Shown in pieces: positions 14,529 through 28,874 of a stretch of 64,000 nt of DNA (the first letter of the stretch is position 1; every line of letters starts with the position of its first letter). The DNA is from Octopus vulgaris. Taxonomy: Eukaryota. The translations under genes were made by a program, and so were the position numbers. The notes under the pieces were generated by a model. The model ran no database searches and was not told where the DNA came from. It saw only the letters and a program-made list of their open reading frames with translations. The DNA lies in assembly GCA_951406725.2 (NCBI GenBank), contig OX597823.1:91078001-91142000 (forward strand). The letters run 5' to 3'.

Positions 14529-15001
14529 TTAAACCTTTCATTACCAACCCGGCTGAAACCGGCTCTGGCTCTGAGTACAAATGTCTTGTTTTCATAAGTT
14601 TTGAATTAAAATCTTCCACCAAACCTTAGTCACAATTTATGTTCCTAACACTAGCTGAATGATGACTAAGTTATTTTACTAAATTCTTTGTTATATTTAA
14701 AGTAATTGAAAGAAACACAGAGTATCTCAACAGAAATATGGTAACAAAAGGGTTTAAGTCACCATGATATGTTTAAACCTTTTGATACCAACCCTGCTGA
14801 AACCAGCTTTGGCTCTGTCAAACAAATGTTTTGTTTTCATAAGTTTTGAATTAAAATCTTCCACTAAACCTTAGTCACAATTCATGTTCCTAATACTAGC
14901 TGAATGATAACTAAGTTATTTTACTAAATTCTTTGTTATATTTAAAATAATTGAAAGAAACACAGAGCATCTCAAAATAAATGCAGTAACGAAAGGGTTA
15001 A
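14529..15001. mobile_element. Tandem dimer of a ~230-bp piggyBac-like MITE
   Basis: Ends ttaa-acctttcattacc ... gtaacgaaaggg-ttaa; units joined by agtcaccatgatat. Confidence 0.8.
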
Positions 15002-15189
15002 AGTGAACTTTTGACTACTTTCTAATTTGCATATTGGTTTGTTTCATAAGTGGCGTGATACCTTTTGCACATGGATCTTTAGGTTCTGCTTCTATTTTTT
15101 AATCAGCGTGCATTTTTGAGTATATATTGTGTTGTATTTGCTCACATATTCACTCCATTATTGGCTTGTATTCAAGTAATGTAATCCAA

Positions 15190-15660
15190 GTTAATAATTC
15201 TGTATTAAAACATAACACAATCTAAAGGAAAATATCTTTGTTGCCAACAGCAGTTGTAATTCTCTGAACTTTGTCCAACCCATTCCTACGGTAGCTACTA
15301 TTTTTTCAGGACAACCATTTCTTTTGCTAATTGCATCTCCTAGGTAACAAAAGGCATCAACTATTTTCAGTGCATCATCAAAAAAATCCCAAAGAGTCTG
15401 TTTCTGTTGCACTCATAGTATGCACTGCCCCAGAGGATCTATCACATATGAAGCATACATTCTCTGCCAGTCTGCTTGTGATTCTGCTACATTGCTAGTG
15501 TGTCCATAGCTTTACATTGGGCACAACGTATGGAGCTTATACCTGCTCCTTTTCTGCATGTTGAACACTTTCATTTCCCTGAAAGCATCAGGGTCCTGTC
15601 TTCTTTCTCACTAAAACCTTTATCTTTGCTAGGTTTACCATAAGACCTCTGGATTCTAGG
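15190..15660 (-). pseudogene. RTE-clade LINE ORF remnant (end of RT region with an upstream Cys-rich stretch)
   Basis: LKIVDAFCYLGDAISKRNGCPEKIVATVGMGWTKFRELQLLL resembles the RTE 'VDxFxYLG...ARI...W..FREL' motif; frameshifted. Confidence 0.8.
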
Positions 15661-16154
15661 TTATTATATTATTGAATGTAAGTAATATTCTTCTTTAGAG
15701 AATGACTGCTCTGCTTGTAGAGAGCGACATGGTATGATCTCGTAGTATATCACAATATATATATATATATGTATGTATGAAGCAACCAACAGCCCCTAAC
15801 ACAAAGACAGTCCTTTTATATATCCGTTCAAACAGATATTTAACATTGTCTAAATATTCATCACTCTTGGTCAAGACTTTGTGATTGGAAGAAAAAATGG
15901 TACTTTCCAAATACAAAACCAGGAATCATAACCAGATTACAGAACTTAGCTCGAAGGAAGCTTAGAAGTAAGATTGCATGATATCTTGAAGACTAATGTT
16001 AAATTCCAATGGATATTCTATGATTCATAGCATCGTTGGTACATCCTTGAAGACGTCTTTCCATTTATTTTATCTGAAATACATCAGGTTAATTTTGAAC
16101 CTACCACATGGGTCTGTATTGGTGCTACACAAGGTAAGAGCTATTCATATCAAA

Positions 16155-16528
16155 CTAGCAGTATTGCCCGGCGTTGCTCGGGTTTGTAAGGGAAATAACT
16201 ATATAAGCATTTTTAGAGATGTAAAGTATAATAGCCATCTCAATATGGCTAACCACAAAGGGGGAGTGTTACTGTAGCTTTTTACGTTCTGAGATTTACT
16301 TCCCTTATATATTCCAAAAATGCATTAAAAATGGGAAAAATTGATGGTAAATTTTTTTTTAAATCATAGACTCATCGTAGACGTGCGCTAATACCCAGAA
16401 GGGCTCGTTATGAATCACGACTATAAGACACCCGGTTTTGGTTAAACTGCACCGCAAAATGTGGGAGTAGTTAGGAATCTAAATCGTAGGAGACAGACAG
16501 CACACAACCTCACTTTTATATATAAAGA
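16155..16528 (-). mobile_element. Complete non-autonomous Helitron (~374 bp)
   Basis: Minus strand: A|TCTTTATATATAAAA ... CCCGAGCAACGCCGGG hairpin ... CTAG|T, i.e. 5' TC, 3' CTAG, inserted at an A/T site, no TSD. Confidence 0.85.
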
Positions 16529-16725
16529 TTTGTACAGTTTTTCTAACTCCAGCCTTCTTCAATAGCATGTAAATTGAGAGTTCAATGAAGTTATGGTCAT
16601 CAACGTGGGTCTGGTACCTGCTCCAGTATTTCATGAAACATCAGCTCATTCCATTATTATGATATTTCGTTTTTGGATTTGGTTTGCAAGATTCTTTATA
16701 TGAGTTCGTGTGTTGAAGCATATTT

Positions 16726-16884
16726 TGTTGTGCCTGGGGAGAGCCATTTTCCTTTTGTGCCTTACAATGTAACACACTCAAGACTATTTTAGGAAAATAA
16801 AAATAAGAAATAAGTGGAAATTTTACTGGTGAGTGTGTTACATTGTGAGGCACAAAAGGAAAATGACTCTCCCCAGACACAACA
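16726..16884. repeat. Inverted repeat with ~55-bp arms and a ~50-nt loop
   Basis: tgttgtgcctggggagagccattttccttttgtgcc...acactca vs tgagtgt...ggcacaaaaggaaaatgactctccccagacacaaca. Confidence 0.9.
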
Positions 16885-17261
16885 TTATTATGGTGTTACA
16901 TGTTAAGCATGCATAACTCTTAGAATTAAAGGCTGAAATGTTTTATGAAACAGTTGAAGAAGGCTGGGGATGTTTGTGCAAGGCACCATCTTGTGGGTGG
17001 AAATAAGGTACTTTGTCCCAAAATAATTAATGTATGGAACATATAAACACACACACACACACACATACACATATATTAATGTTTGTTTTTATGTTCATTG
17101 GTAATGAAAACACTTTTACATTTATCTGATGAGTTACTCTATAATTTTGTATTGAGTACTTTTATTATGCTTAAATAAGAATATTATTGAATGCATTCCA
17201 TTGATAGCTTAGCTAGCTGAAGCTTCGAAGTCACTGTCAATGATAGTCTTGTTTGAGAATG

Positions 17262-17647
17262 ATTGTGTGGTAAGTAGCTTGCTTACCAACCACATGGTTC
17301 CGGGTTCAGTCCCACTGTGTGGCACCTTAGGCAAGTGTCTTCTACTATAGCCTTGGGCCAATCAAAGCCTTGTGAGTGGATTTGGTTGACGGAAACTGAA
17401 AGAAGAATGTCGTATATATGTATATGTATATACATGTGTGTGTTTGTATGTCTGTGTTTGTCCCCCCAGCATCGCTTGACAACCGATGCTGGTGTGTTTA
17501 CGTCCCTGTAACTTAGCGGTTCGGTAAAAGAGACTGATAGAATAAGTACTAGGCTTACAAAGAATAAGTCCTGGGGTTGATTTGCCCGACTAAAGGTGCT
17601 CCAGCATGGCCTCAGTCAAAATACTGAAACAAGTAAAAGAGTAAAAT
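17262..17647 (+). mobile_element. SINE family A, near full length
   Basis: B-box-like gggttcagtccc, CORE-like caccttaggcaagtgtctt, internal microsatellite, tail tgaaacaagtaaaaga. Confidence 0.88.
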
Positions 17648-17766
17648 AGTATATATATATATATATGAGTGTGTTTGTGTGTGTTTGCATGTATGTGTGC
17701 ATTCATCATATACATTTGCAAATAAATATTTGAATACATGTATCCCTCTGGCTGTCTGTCTGTCTG

Positions 17767-17799
<33 letters not shown>

Positions 17800-18749
17800 C
17801 TATGTTTGTGTATGTGCATTTGTGTGTGTGTGTATGTGTGTGTTTGCATGTGTGTAAGAAAAACATTACATTGTCCTCTATAAAATGCCAAACAACGAAA
17901 CTCAAAACTTATTTCCAGTGAGATTTAAATAACAACTCCATAAGATTCCCATGTCCATTAAATTACTTCTGTATATTTCCTCCCATTGGTTCTACACATG
18001 AATTTGTAATAGATAACATTTAAACTGCCAGTTTATTCTCTCTCTCTCCCTCTCTTTGTGTTTCTCCTCCTAACATAGAATGAAAACTTCTGATAGCATG
18101 AAATTGTAACATTATCACTAACTTCTTATTAATGATTAGCATAAGTGAAACTGGTTGACTCTGTAAATATTTAATTTCATAAAAGTATATATATATATTC
18201 TTTCTTTTATTTTTCGAAATTAAGATAAACAAAGATCTTTTCATTTCAAATATATACTCTCCTTCATTTTCTGCAAGTAGATTGTTTGATTTTTCTCAAC
18301 TGATCAATGGGTTGATTGAGTAACTATATCAATAACGAACCTATAATGACTACAGGAAACAGCTATAAGCCAAATTAATAAATCAATAAAAATATGTAAT
18401 GATCGTTATTATATATTATTCTGTGTAAAAGTGAGCATAACTGGAGCACAACCATGGATTTACAATAAAGAACGGTGATGAAATACAACCTTAGACCCTG
18501 CTACAAAAGTAGGCAGAGGTCTTTACTAATCTAAACAATATTGTTAGCCAGGAGGATTGACAGATAGCTTATAAAGTATTTTGCCTCAGTTGATAATCCC
18601 TCACTAATAATTCTGTTTTATGTATGTATGTAGAAACATTGCCAGATCAGACTGGGCCTGGCGCAGCCTACTGGCTTCCCAGACCCCAGTTGAACCGTCC
18701 AACCCATGCTAGCATGGAAAACGGACGTTAAACGATGATTATGATGATG

Positions 18750-18782
<33 letters not shown>

Positions 18783-19409
18783 TGTATATATATATATGTA
18801 TATGAGCAAAACACCCCTCATCCATCCAATGGACAGTGTTGAGTTTTCAAACATTTAAGCCAAATTTTCTCAAAACAACTTGTCCGACCATCCCATAGGC
18901 CTACCCTTTGAGAAACACTGATTTAAATTTGAGACATCAGCAAAAGAAGAAATAAAGAGAGACTTTTTTCTATTCCAAAGAAAAACGATTTTATTCACAA
19001 AAATATGCTACCGAAGAGTTTAAAGTACCAGTAATGATAAGGCTGTTGACTGGGAGAACACAAACATGGTTTAAACAGTAAGCTTGGCAGGAAAGAAACA
19101 TGACTTTAAACAGTACAAAAGCATAAAAAAATGGAAGGTGCAGTTATGTACAGGTTGACGGAAGAAAAGCAGGACAAAAACGATGCATGTAAATGGGTTA
19201 GCTGGAGGTAAATCTAGATAGAAAAGCATGAGGAATTTATGAGAAGGTACCAGGGACAATAATAAGTTTATCTGATAAAACATGTAGGAAATCAACTTGG
19301 GGCGATTTTTGATGAAAAGCAACAACCTAAGTAACTAATTTTAAGCTAACTTAGTTTACAGGATGTTCAAGGGCATGGAAAAGCTAGTGGCAACAGCTGA
19401 TGTACTTGC

Positions 19410-19601
19410 ACATACAAAAGCACGTTCCCACGGCTTTATCGATCGCATTCTCACCTGGAATCAATTTTTGTAATTTTTTCAAGACTTATACATGTCCTGA
19501 TACCGTCGGTATCTACATACCAAATTTGAGCGCAATCGGATGGAGGATGCCCGAGATCCTAGAAAACACACACACAAACAGAACAAATTTTATATAATAG
19601 G
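19410..19601 (-). mobile_element. Probable 5' part of a non-autonomous Helitron-like element
   Basis: ccaaatttgagcgcaatcgg followed by acacacacaaaca-ttttatataatag, a layout like the 5' end of the 16155-16528 element. Confidence 0.45.
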
Positions 19602-19699
19602 TATATATGTGCCAGTGGTGTATGACATGCCCACTTATGCGTACCTGTCCTTCATTGGACACTAAACTCTGCTTGCAAAGACATGTTGAGGCAAGTGAA

Positions 19700-20001
19700 A
19701 TTGAAATCAAATTCTCTTTTATTGTCTCTTTTCACAACTACCAACATTACTCAGGAAGGAATTCTTGTTGGATGGAGGCAGATGATCAACAAGGGAGGGG
19801 CAATGTAATGGTGTGGTGTAGGATTTGGCACAATCAAGTAATTGGACCATTTTATTTTGAGGGCTCTGTGACAGAGCCCCCAAAATAAAATGGACATGCT
19901 TGGCAACAAGATGATGCTCCATGTGCATTCCTTTGGAAGGGGAAATCCTGTCTAGCATCAGAAGGATGGAGCCCTGCCCCATTATGCATTACAGGTTCAT
20001 G

Positions 20002-20043
<42 letters not shown>

Positions 20044-20620
20044 TATGTGTGTGTGCGTCTGAGTGTATATATGTATGTATATATATATATGTGTGTGTGT
20101 GTCTATCTATATATATATATAGACACACACAGGTATGTATATATATATATGTATATGCACTTGCACACACACACACACGCACAAACACACACGTATATAT
20201 GTGTGTGTGTGTACAGGCACATATGTATTGGAATATCTATCTATCTATCTCTGTATATATGCATGTATAAATATATGATTTTCCAGGGCTTGGACATTGC
20301 GGGACAATTGAATGGGCACCACAGACACCAAATTTAACTCCTGTAGATTTTTTTCTTCTGGGGCTACATTAAATCCTTTGTGTATTCTGAAACAATTCGC
20401 AACCAAGGACATCTTCTTCATAGAATCATTGAAGCATGTGAATAAGTCAACAGCAATGAAAAACTTTCTGAGAGGGTCCATTGCAATTTCAAATTCCATG
20501 TGAACACTCGTTTAGAGCTCCATGGCCACCACTTTGAGCATTTGTAATGGATTACCTACTTCATTGCAAATAAAGCATACTTGATATCTCCCATGGTACG
20601 TGAGTTTGTGACCACCCTGT
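19700..20620 (+). pseudogene. Decayed Tc1/mariner-superfamily transposase (DDxD/rosa-like), interrupted by a microsatellite
   Basis: Fragments VMVWCRI..VIGPFYFEG, QKDGA.PHY and PNLTPVDFF.WGYIKSFVY; ends gaccaccctg-TA. Confidence 0.78.
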
Positions 20621-20843
20621 ATATGCGTGTATGTGTGTACCTATGTCTATTTGTAAATATAACATATGTACATGTAATTAATATGTCTACAAATTCAGAC
20701 TAGTTTTGTTTCGTTCAAATTTCAAAGAAATCCTCACAGCACAGGCTGACCAATTCACAAGAACTATAATTAGTCCCAAAAGTGCCAACATCAAAATTCA
20801 CAAATAAGTATTTGTGTGTGCATATGATATGTATAGCTATTCA

Positions 20844-20844
<1 letters not shown>

Positions 20845-20920
<76 letters not shown>

Positions 20921-21067
20921 GTCTATCTATCTATCTATCTATCTGTCTGTCTGTCTGTCTATCTGTCTCTCTGTCTGCCTACCTGTCTTTCTGTCTGTCA
21001 CTCTGTTTATCTGTTTCTCTATCAATGTCCGTCTGTCTGTTTATCTCTCTCTCTCTCTCTCTCTTCC

Positions 21068-21135
<68 letters not shown>
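20845..21135. repeat. (TCTA)n/(TCTG)n microsatellite
   Basis: Seen directly. Confidence 0.97.
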
Positions 21136-21136
<1 letters not shown>

Positions 21137-21172
21137 TTATACATATGTATATCCGTTTATGTTTATGGATAT

Positions 21173-21752
21173 ACAGATTGCAGTGACTAAATTGTTGTCT
21201 AAATTATGCAAAAATGAAAATAACACAATGAAAATAACACAATGTCATTTTAACAGATATGTTTACCAAAATTACATAAAAATATCTTGAAATACTAAAG
21301 AGTAAATTTATTCAATAAAATCGCCATTGGCTTCAGCCATAACCTCGAGATGACTTTGGAATCTCCTACAATTTCCCTGGATGGTCTCCTTGTTTCAATT
21401 GGTGAATGCTGCCATAATCTTTGCCTTTAGTTCATCTTTGGTGTTACAACGAGTTTTGATGGTCTCTTGCTCAACTGTGCTCCACACATAATAATGAAGC
21501 GGTTTACAGTGTGGGGAGTCAGGTGGCCAGATATGAGGCCAGGATGAGGGCAACACTACCTCATCAAGACACCTGATGTAGGCCCCCATGTTGAGTCTGA
21601 GGTCATGTTGATGATAAATGGAGGCATAACGTCACCATCACTGGTGATCACTCCAAACACCATGATGTTGACTGGATATTTGATATTTATCACTCTCGGG
21701 ACATGTTTTGGGGACAGGGCAAGCCAAGAGTTGTTCTGTGTGTTCACCATCT
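21173..21752 (-). pseudogene. Decayed Tc1/mariner (maT/DD37D-like) transposase 3' half with its right end
   Basis: MVFGVITSDGDVMPPFI and IWPPDSPHCKPLHYYVWSTVEQET (WPPxSPDxNPLDY motif). Confidence 0.82.
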
Positions 21753-21833
21753 GTTTGTATTGTATATATATATATATATGTATATATGTATATATATACG
21801 GACACACACACACACACATACATGCACACACAA

Positions 21834-21865
<32 letters not shown>

Positions 21866-22243
21866 GGTAAAATATTTCTTTGCCTTCACCTGTTTAATAC
21901 AATAAGTAAGTTAATTGCATAGCAATTAAAAACATTTGTGTATTAAGAATTTGGGTATTATCCAAACAGTATATTTGATAAATATTATCCCTTAGTGGCT
22001 TGGATCCATAACCCCTTACTTACTTGGTGTTATATATATAAGTATATATATATATATATACATATACATAAACACACATGCACACACATATATAGCAAAA
22101 CATATTTACTTTTTGAATTCTGAAATTTTCCTATATTTTCAGCACACACACACACATACACACACACATGTGTGTGTGTACGTGTGTGCAGTTGTGAGTG
22201 TGTCTGTGTGTACACTTGTATATGCATGTGTGTGTGTCTATGT

Positions 22244-22274
<31 letters not shown>

Positions 22275-22422
22275 AAAAATGAGTCATAAAGTGCAGCAGC
22301 CTTTCACTTCATGTTTCCTTATATTTTTGATTTTGCCACATATTTCTTATTTTCCATTTTTTGTTTAACTCATATTTTTGAATTCACATTTACATCTTAA
22401 CAACTACAACAACAACAACAAC

Positions 22423-22482
<60 letters not shown>

Positions 22483-22778
22483 TAATAAAAGTAATAATAG
22501 TAGTAGTAGTAGTAACAACAATCATAATAATGTCGATAATAATGGTAATAATATTTTTTTTTTCCATCATTTTCATATTTTTCCTCTCAAAGATTTTTGG
22601 AAAACTTTGACATTTTCCGACATCTCTACAATTAGATTTTGGAAATTATTGAATTCTGTTTGTTTTCTATTTCGATCTGGTGTCATTGATGTCACCACTT
22701 GACATCGCGGAGGTTATACATACATACTTTACATACATGCATACATACATACATACATACTTATATATACGTACATAC

Positions 22779-22813
<35 letters not shown>

Positions 22814-22884
22814 CACACATACACATATACATATATATATGTATACACATGCACTGATGTTCTAGCTGAAGATGTTGCATGAGG

Positions 22885-22934
<50 letters not shown>

Positions 22935-23544
22935 ATGTGTGTGTGTGTGAGTGAGTGCATATATGTATGTGTATATATGCGTGTGTGTGTGAGTGCATAT
23001 ATGTATGTGTATATATGCGTGTGTGTATGTGTGTGTACAGACACATATGTATTGGAATATATCTATCTATTTATCTTTGTATATATACATGTATAAATAT
23101 ATGTGCATATGAAAAGGATGTGTTATAATACTATTCTGCATATACAAAAAACAGCCATACCAACAATCCAACATACCTCCTTCATCAGCTGCCCCACCGA
23201 TATCATTATAGTTTCGACACCTCAGCAGTCCCATTCAATCCAGTAGTGTCAACATCATCATCATTTAACATCTGTTGTCCATGCTGTCATGTATTGGACA
23301 GTTTGACTAGGGCTGGCAAGATGGAAGGCAGCACCAGACTCCAGTCTGATTTGGCATGGTTTCTATGGCTGGATACTCTTCCTAACACCAACCAGTCTGA
23401 GAATGTAATGGATGCTTTTATGTGCCACTGTCACAGGTACCATTTGCATGACACCATTGTCTGTAATGACTGTGATTTTATTTGGCTTGACAGGTCTTCT
23501 TCTCAAGCACAATATAAAGCCTCCGTAAGGCCCAACACTCAGGG

Positions 23545-24756
23545 TAGAACTGCCTTTGGCAGTAATTACAGCTTGAATTCTTTGAATTCGTACAAAGTTT
23601 GAATTGTTTCCAAAGTAATTTTTGTCCATCCTTCAGCTAAAACAGTCTCCAGTTCTTGTAGTGATGATGGTGGAGGATATTGACTCCTTATTTGTTTTTC
23701 TAAAATGCACCATAAATGTCCAATAATATTGAGATCTGGAGACTGTGGTAGCCAGATAATATGTTCAACTTCACTAGAATGTTCCTTGTGCTATTCAGTA
23801 ACAAATTTAGCTGTGTGTATTGGTGCATTATCATCCTGAAAGATTACATTTCCCCTCTGGAAACAGTTCTGCAACCTTAGGATAAATTTGATCAGTTAAA
23901 ATGCTTAAATAGTCTTCACTATTAATTCTGCCTTGAAGGGAAACCATTGGACTGGTGGATTTCCAAGATATAGCCTCCCACCCCAGATTATCACAGATCC
24001 TCCTCCATGTTTAACAGTTGGAAGAAGGCAGTCTGGGTCAAATGATCTTTTTGGTTATCTCCACACATATATTTGGCTGGTGGTTGGAAATAAGGTAATG
24101 GATGACTCGTCCGAGAAAATAACATTCTTCCACTGCTCTAGGGACCAATTCAGTAGGTTTTTACTCCACTCTAAACGCTTTCCAATGTTTGTTTTTGAAA
24201 GTAGTGGTTTTCTGATTGCAGCCCTCACATAAAATCTGGCTTTGTGCAGCTCTTAGCGAACAGTTTTTGTGAAAACTTGGTTCTCAAAGCGGTCATTAAG
24301 CTCTACAGTAATTTTGGGAGCTGTACTTTTGTGATCTTTTCTAACAATTCGAGTAAGAGTCCAACGGTCCCTATCTGAAAGTTTTGGTTTTCTTCTGGAG
24401 TTTTGTTTCAATGAAGAAGTTTTACCCTTTTTCTCAAAGGCTGTCATTACTTTCGAGACAGTGCTTCTTGATATACCAAGCATTTCGGCTGTTTTCATTA
24501 CACTAGTGCTTACCATACAAGCACCAACAATTTGACCTCTTTGAAAGTCCAATAGCTCTGTCATTTTAATTAATTTTAATTACCTTTTGCTGATGATATA
24601 TGACAAGAAACAGCAATTTTAGCAAAACACTAATAATACAACACTAATAATAAATATAAAAACATAAAAATAAACAATCTTTTGATGGTTTTTATGGATA
24701 TTTGAGAATTATGATGCTATGATGCTAGATGTTTCCATTATTTTGTCCAACCCCTG
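23545..24756 (-). mobile_element. Tc1 (DD34E) transposon with a pseudogenised, near full-length transposase (ATG at 24564)
   Basis: TA|caggggttggacaaaataatggaaac TIR; MTELLDFQRGQIVG HTH region, FSDES, FQDDNAPIH, WLPQSPDLNIIG (catalytic E changed to G); stops and frameshifts; the other TIR was not found. Confidence 0.92.
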
Positions 24757-24803
24757 TATATATATATATATGCACGCACACACTTATATGTATATGTGAA
24801 AAT

Positions 24804-24855
<52 letters not shown>

Positions 24856-24970
24856 GAGATATATGCAAGGGGTTAAAAATAATCGCAGTAGAGTCCACTC
24901 AAATGGACAGCCATGTTAGAGGATTATGAATGCTATTTGTCAGTACGACTACTGTGCTGATCCCTTAGAG

Positions 24971-25262
24971 CAGGGGTGGGGGAAACTTTTTAGTGCAGGG
25001 GGCAAAAATTTCCAATGGAAAAGGTCTATGGGAGAACACAAGTTCTAACTCTCATAGCAATATGTGTTCTATAGAGAAAACAAAATTTCCATTCAAATGG
25101 CATTGGTTTAAGCTGTGGTGGACACACGACCTATGGTCAGGAATAGGCATATGAATATTGTATGAATTTTATAATTGAAAAAAATTTATTATTTTTAGTG
25201 CATACGAGTATATCAGCCTGCAAGTACAATAGAATGTGCTTGCGGGTGTTTCCCCACCCCTG
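24971..25262. mobile_element. hAT-type MITE
   Basis: TIRs caggggtggggga / ttccccacccctg with near-identical 8-bp flanks ccttagag / tcttagag. Confidence 0.85.
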
Positions 25263-25314
25263 TCTTAGAGCGATTTAGAACAAGCATTTTTGCTTTTCTC
25301 TCTCTCCCTCTCTC

Positions 25315-25352
<38 letters not shown>

Positions 25353-26381
25353 GATACACAGTCTTTACATATGTATATATTCTCATAAATGTTTTAGAAT
25401 AAACAAATAGGCATAATATAATTTCTAACTGTTGATGTATACTTTTTCTGTATCCTCTTCATTTTCTTCTTGCTGTGTGTGTATATATACATCATCATCA
25501 TTGTTTAATGTCTGTTTTCCATGCTGGCATGGGTTGGATGGTTTGATTGCGGTCTGGAGAGCCAGAAGGCTGCACCGGGCTCCAATCTGATCTGGCAATG
25601 TTTCTACAGCTGGATGCCTTTCCTAATGCCAACCACTCCGAGAGTGTAGTGGGTGCTTTTTATGTGCTACTGGCACACACATACACATACATACATTTAT
25701 ATGTATGTATGTATGTGTATATGACTGTATGTATGCATCATGTTTGCCCAAGATGCCACACAGTGGGACTGAACCCAGGGTCTCTTGGCTGCAAAGCAAA
25801 CTTCTTACCCTTTCATATATATATATTACCCTTATAAATTGATTCCACGCACACATTATATACTTTCAGAAACCCAAAGGTAAATAGAGAAGCCTCTTCT
25901 AATAACTGAAGTGTATTTCATGAGGTTTTACTGCATAATCAATACATTTCCCAATGCACTAATAGGTTGGAACAGGTGTGGTCGTGTGGTTAAGAGGTTT
26001 GCTTTCCAGCTATGTGGACCTAGGTTCAGTCCCACTATGTGGCTCCTTGGATAAGTGTTTTCTACTTTAGTCCCAGGTCCACTAAAGCCTTATGAGTGCA
26101 GTCAACTGATGGAAACTGAAAGAAGCCTATTGTATATATATATATATCTAAATCTATCTGTCTATCATGGTCATCCTTTTTCTATGCTTCCATGGGTCAG
26201 ATGGAATTCGTTGAACCAGATTTTCTATAGTTCCATGCTGTTCTTTTTCCTCACCTATTTCTGAGCAAAGGTAATATCTCTATGGCCAGACATGTTTTGT
26301 ATGGAAGAAAGGAAATGAAGACCACTGCTTGTATGAGGGTGATGCTCATTTACAGCCATCACAGGGTGTCAAGATAAGAGT

Positions 26382-26524
<143 letters not shown>

Positions 26525-27296
26525 AGTTTCTTTTAGTTTGCATCCACCAAATCCAGTTTCAAGGTTTTAATCACCCCAGAGCTTTACTAGAAGATATTTG
26601 CTTAAGGTGCTGTGCAATGGAACTGAACCAAAGACCACATGATTGAGTACATACATATATATCTTTCCGGTTTTTTTTTTTTATCTTGAAAGTACTTGGT
26701 GACCCTGTCAGTGCAGGTGCCACTTAAAAGCACCCAATCCACACTGTAAAAATCATGCCAAAACAGTCACAGAAGTCAGGTGCAAGCTCCTGCCCCACTG
26801 GTTCTTGTGAAACTATCCCATCCCTGCCAGCATGGAAAGCAGACATTAAACAATGATGATGATGATGATGATGTTTTGTGGAGTTTTCTCTTGATACCAT
26901 ATGATAGTTACAAATGTACATCATTCTTCTACAAGTGATGTTGTCCCCCTTCTTTCTTCCATGGAAACTATGTCTGGTTATGGAAACAGGGGAGGGTCAG
27001 CAACAGGAAGGGCATCCAGCCTTACAACACCTGTGTGAACAGCTTCTATTTGACCCTTTCAGGTATGGAAAGTGGACCCTAAATGAAGACTAATGTTTTT
27101 CTATAATTGAGGGCTTGTCTATGATCTCATATGAATCCTGGAATTAGAAATTAAATATTCCTCAAATCGATGAAAATACCGATGACACAAAGGGTTAGTC
27201 ATAACTGGAATGTCTTTAATCATAGGTTAGTCCAATCACTTGTGACCTGGGGTTAAACTACCCAAATTCAGTGCTGTATGAATTCTAAATAAATGA

Positions 27297-27528
27297 CTAT
27301 TTCTTTACTACCCACAAGGGGCTAAACACAAAGAGGACAAACAAGGACAGACAAACGGATCAAGTCGATTACATCGACCCTCAGTGCATAACTGGTACTT
27401 AATTTATCGACCCCGAAAGGATGAAAGGCAAAGTTGACCTCAGCGGAATTTGAACTCAGAACGTAACGGCAGACGAAATACCGCAAAGCATTTCTCCTGG
27501 GTGCTAACGTTTCTGCCAGCTTGCCGTC
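27297..27528 (-). mobile_element. SINE family B, full length
   Basis: Reverse complement of the 38019 and 60476 consensus. Confidence 0.88.
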
Positions 27529-28189
27529 TTCATTATATATGACTGCTAAATAAATGACTGCTGATCAAAAAAGTTCCCTGGGTTAATTCTCTCTTTTTCT
27601 TAAATACTTAAGAAGTCTGTCTTTCATTATTTATTTCCTCGCAGACTTTCTTATCTGTATTCCTCCCCTGGCGTTAACATTTGAGCTCTTTAAAACAAAT
27701 TTCAGTCTATTTATTCCACTACTGCAGATGACAATACAAAGAATTCGCTCCTACATTATTCCTATCCCATTCACTGCCATTGTAAGCAACATTATACACA
27801 ATGTATAGACTGTTAAAATTAAATTAAGTGCGATATATGTAAACATATTAAAACACGTTTTGGTCTCCTATTCAATGAGTGTCTGCTTTGTGGAACAAAC
27901 TCCTGCAGACTTTCTGTCAACTTTACACCAGCATTTGTAGTACATAGAATACCAATATATTTCAGCAGACAGTCAGCCTGCGAAGCTGGTCAGGGAGAAT
28001 CTGAAGATCACCGTAATAGCAGCTGTATACATCACAGCTGATATAATCAGGAGAACAATCAAAATTGCTACAAAGTGACATTGCAGAATATCATTCTTGC
28101 ATTGTATTGCTTATCAAACTCAGAGTTTCATTCAACATCAGATTAAACTGTATCTAAAAGTTAATCTAATTTAGAATCTAGACATTACG

Positions 28190-28390
28190 ATGCATGTTTC
28201 TGACGTATGAGGTTGCATAAGAGCGCGGTTTTTGGCAATGAAAGTGTAAAGTAAGTTAATTATGGAGATGAGAGACGAAGCGGTGTCACATTTTGGTATC
28301 TATGTTAATAGCAAAGGAAAACAAAGAGGGTTATAGCAGCCATTTTGTTGTGTGTAAAGGATAAAGGCTGCACGTCTTGGTAATAGCAAA
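28190..28390. promoter_or_regulatory. Possible promoter or first-exon region inside a ~1.1-kb repeat-free island
   Basis: Local CpGs (gagcgcgg), YY1-like gcagccattttg at ~28336, splice-donor-like aaa|gtaagt at 28251. Confidence 0.25.
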
Positions 28391-28828
28391 TTACAAAGTC
28401 AAACATTATAATTATTTGATTTCTCCAATCCTTTTGCTGGACATTTGTGGAGAGATTCTGGTGGAAGCTAAACAATAATAATTATGTTTGGTAAAAATCC
28501 AATGAATTTACAGTGAAACTTTTAAAGTATCGATTTTGTAAGAAAAACGAAGAATGTTCTAAGAATCAGGAACGAAACGGGAAAGAATGTTGTTTGTTAG
28601 ATCAATGTCTTTATAACACCAAGAGAAATACAGCTGCTCTTGTAAATAGGTGGTTTAAATAATCAATTTAGAGGTAGAGAGTTCAAATCATACATCTGAC
28701 ACTGTGATTGTAATGTGTTAAGGGATAAAGTACTTTACTCTTTATGTACCGGTCATCATTCTATGCAATAGTAGGTTCCATTAGCATGTACCTATAGAGT
28801 GGTACTATAGAGTGGAACTATAAAGTGA

Positions 28829-28866
<38 letters not shown>

Positions 28867-28874
28867 TCAGAAAT

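Noticed and set aside
17126-17165. ctgatga followed by a small hairpin
   Set aside because: No GAAA or stem III follows, so it is not a supportable HHR
18833-18920. Possible hAT remnant (cagtgtt...tttgagaaacactg)
   Set aside because: Only one convincing TIR and no clear TSD
28018-28042. cagctgtatacatcacagctg mini-hairpin with a miR-2-like seed
   Set aside because: Too short for a pre-miRNA and the mature sequence does not match
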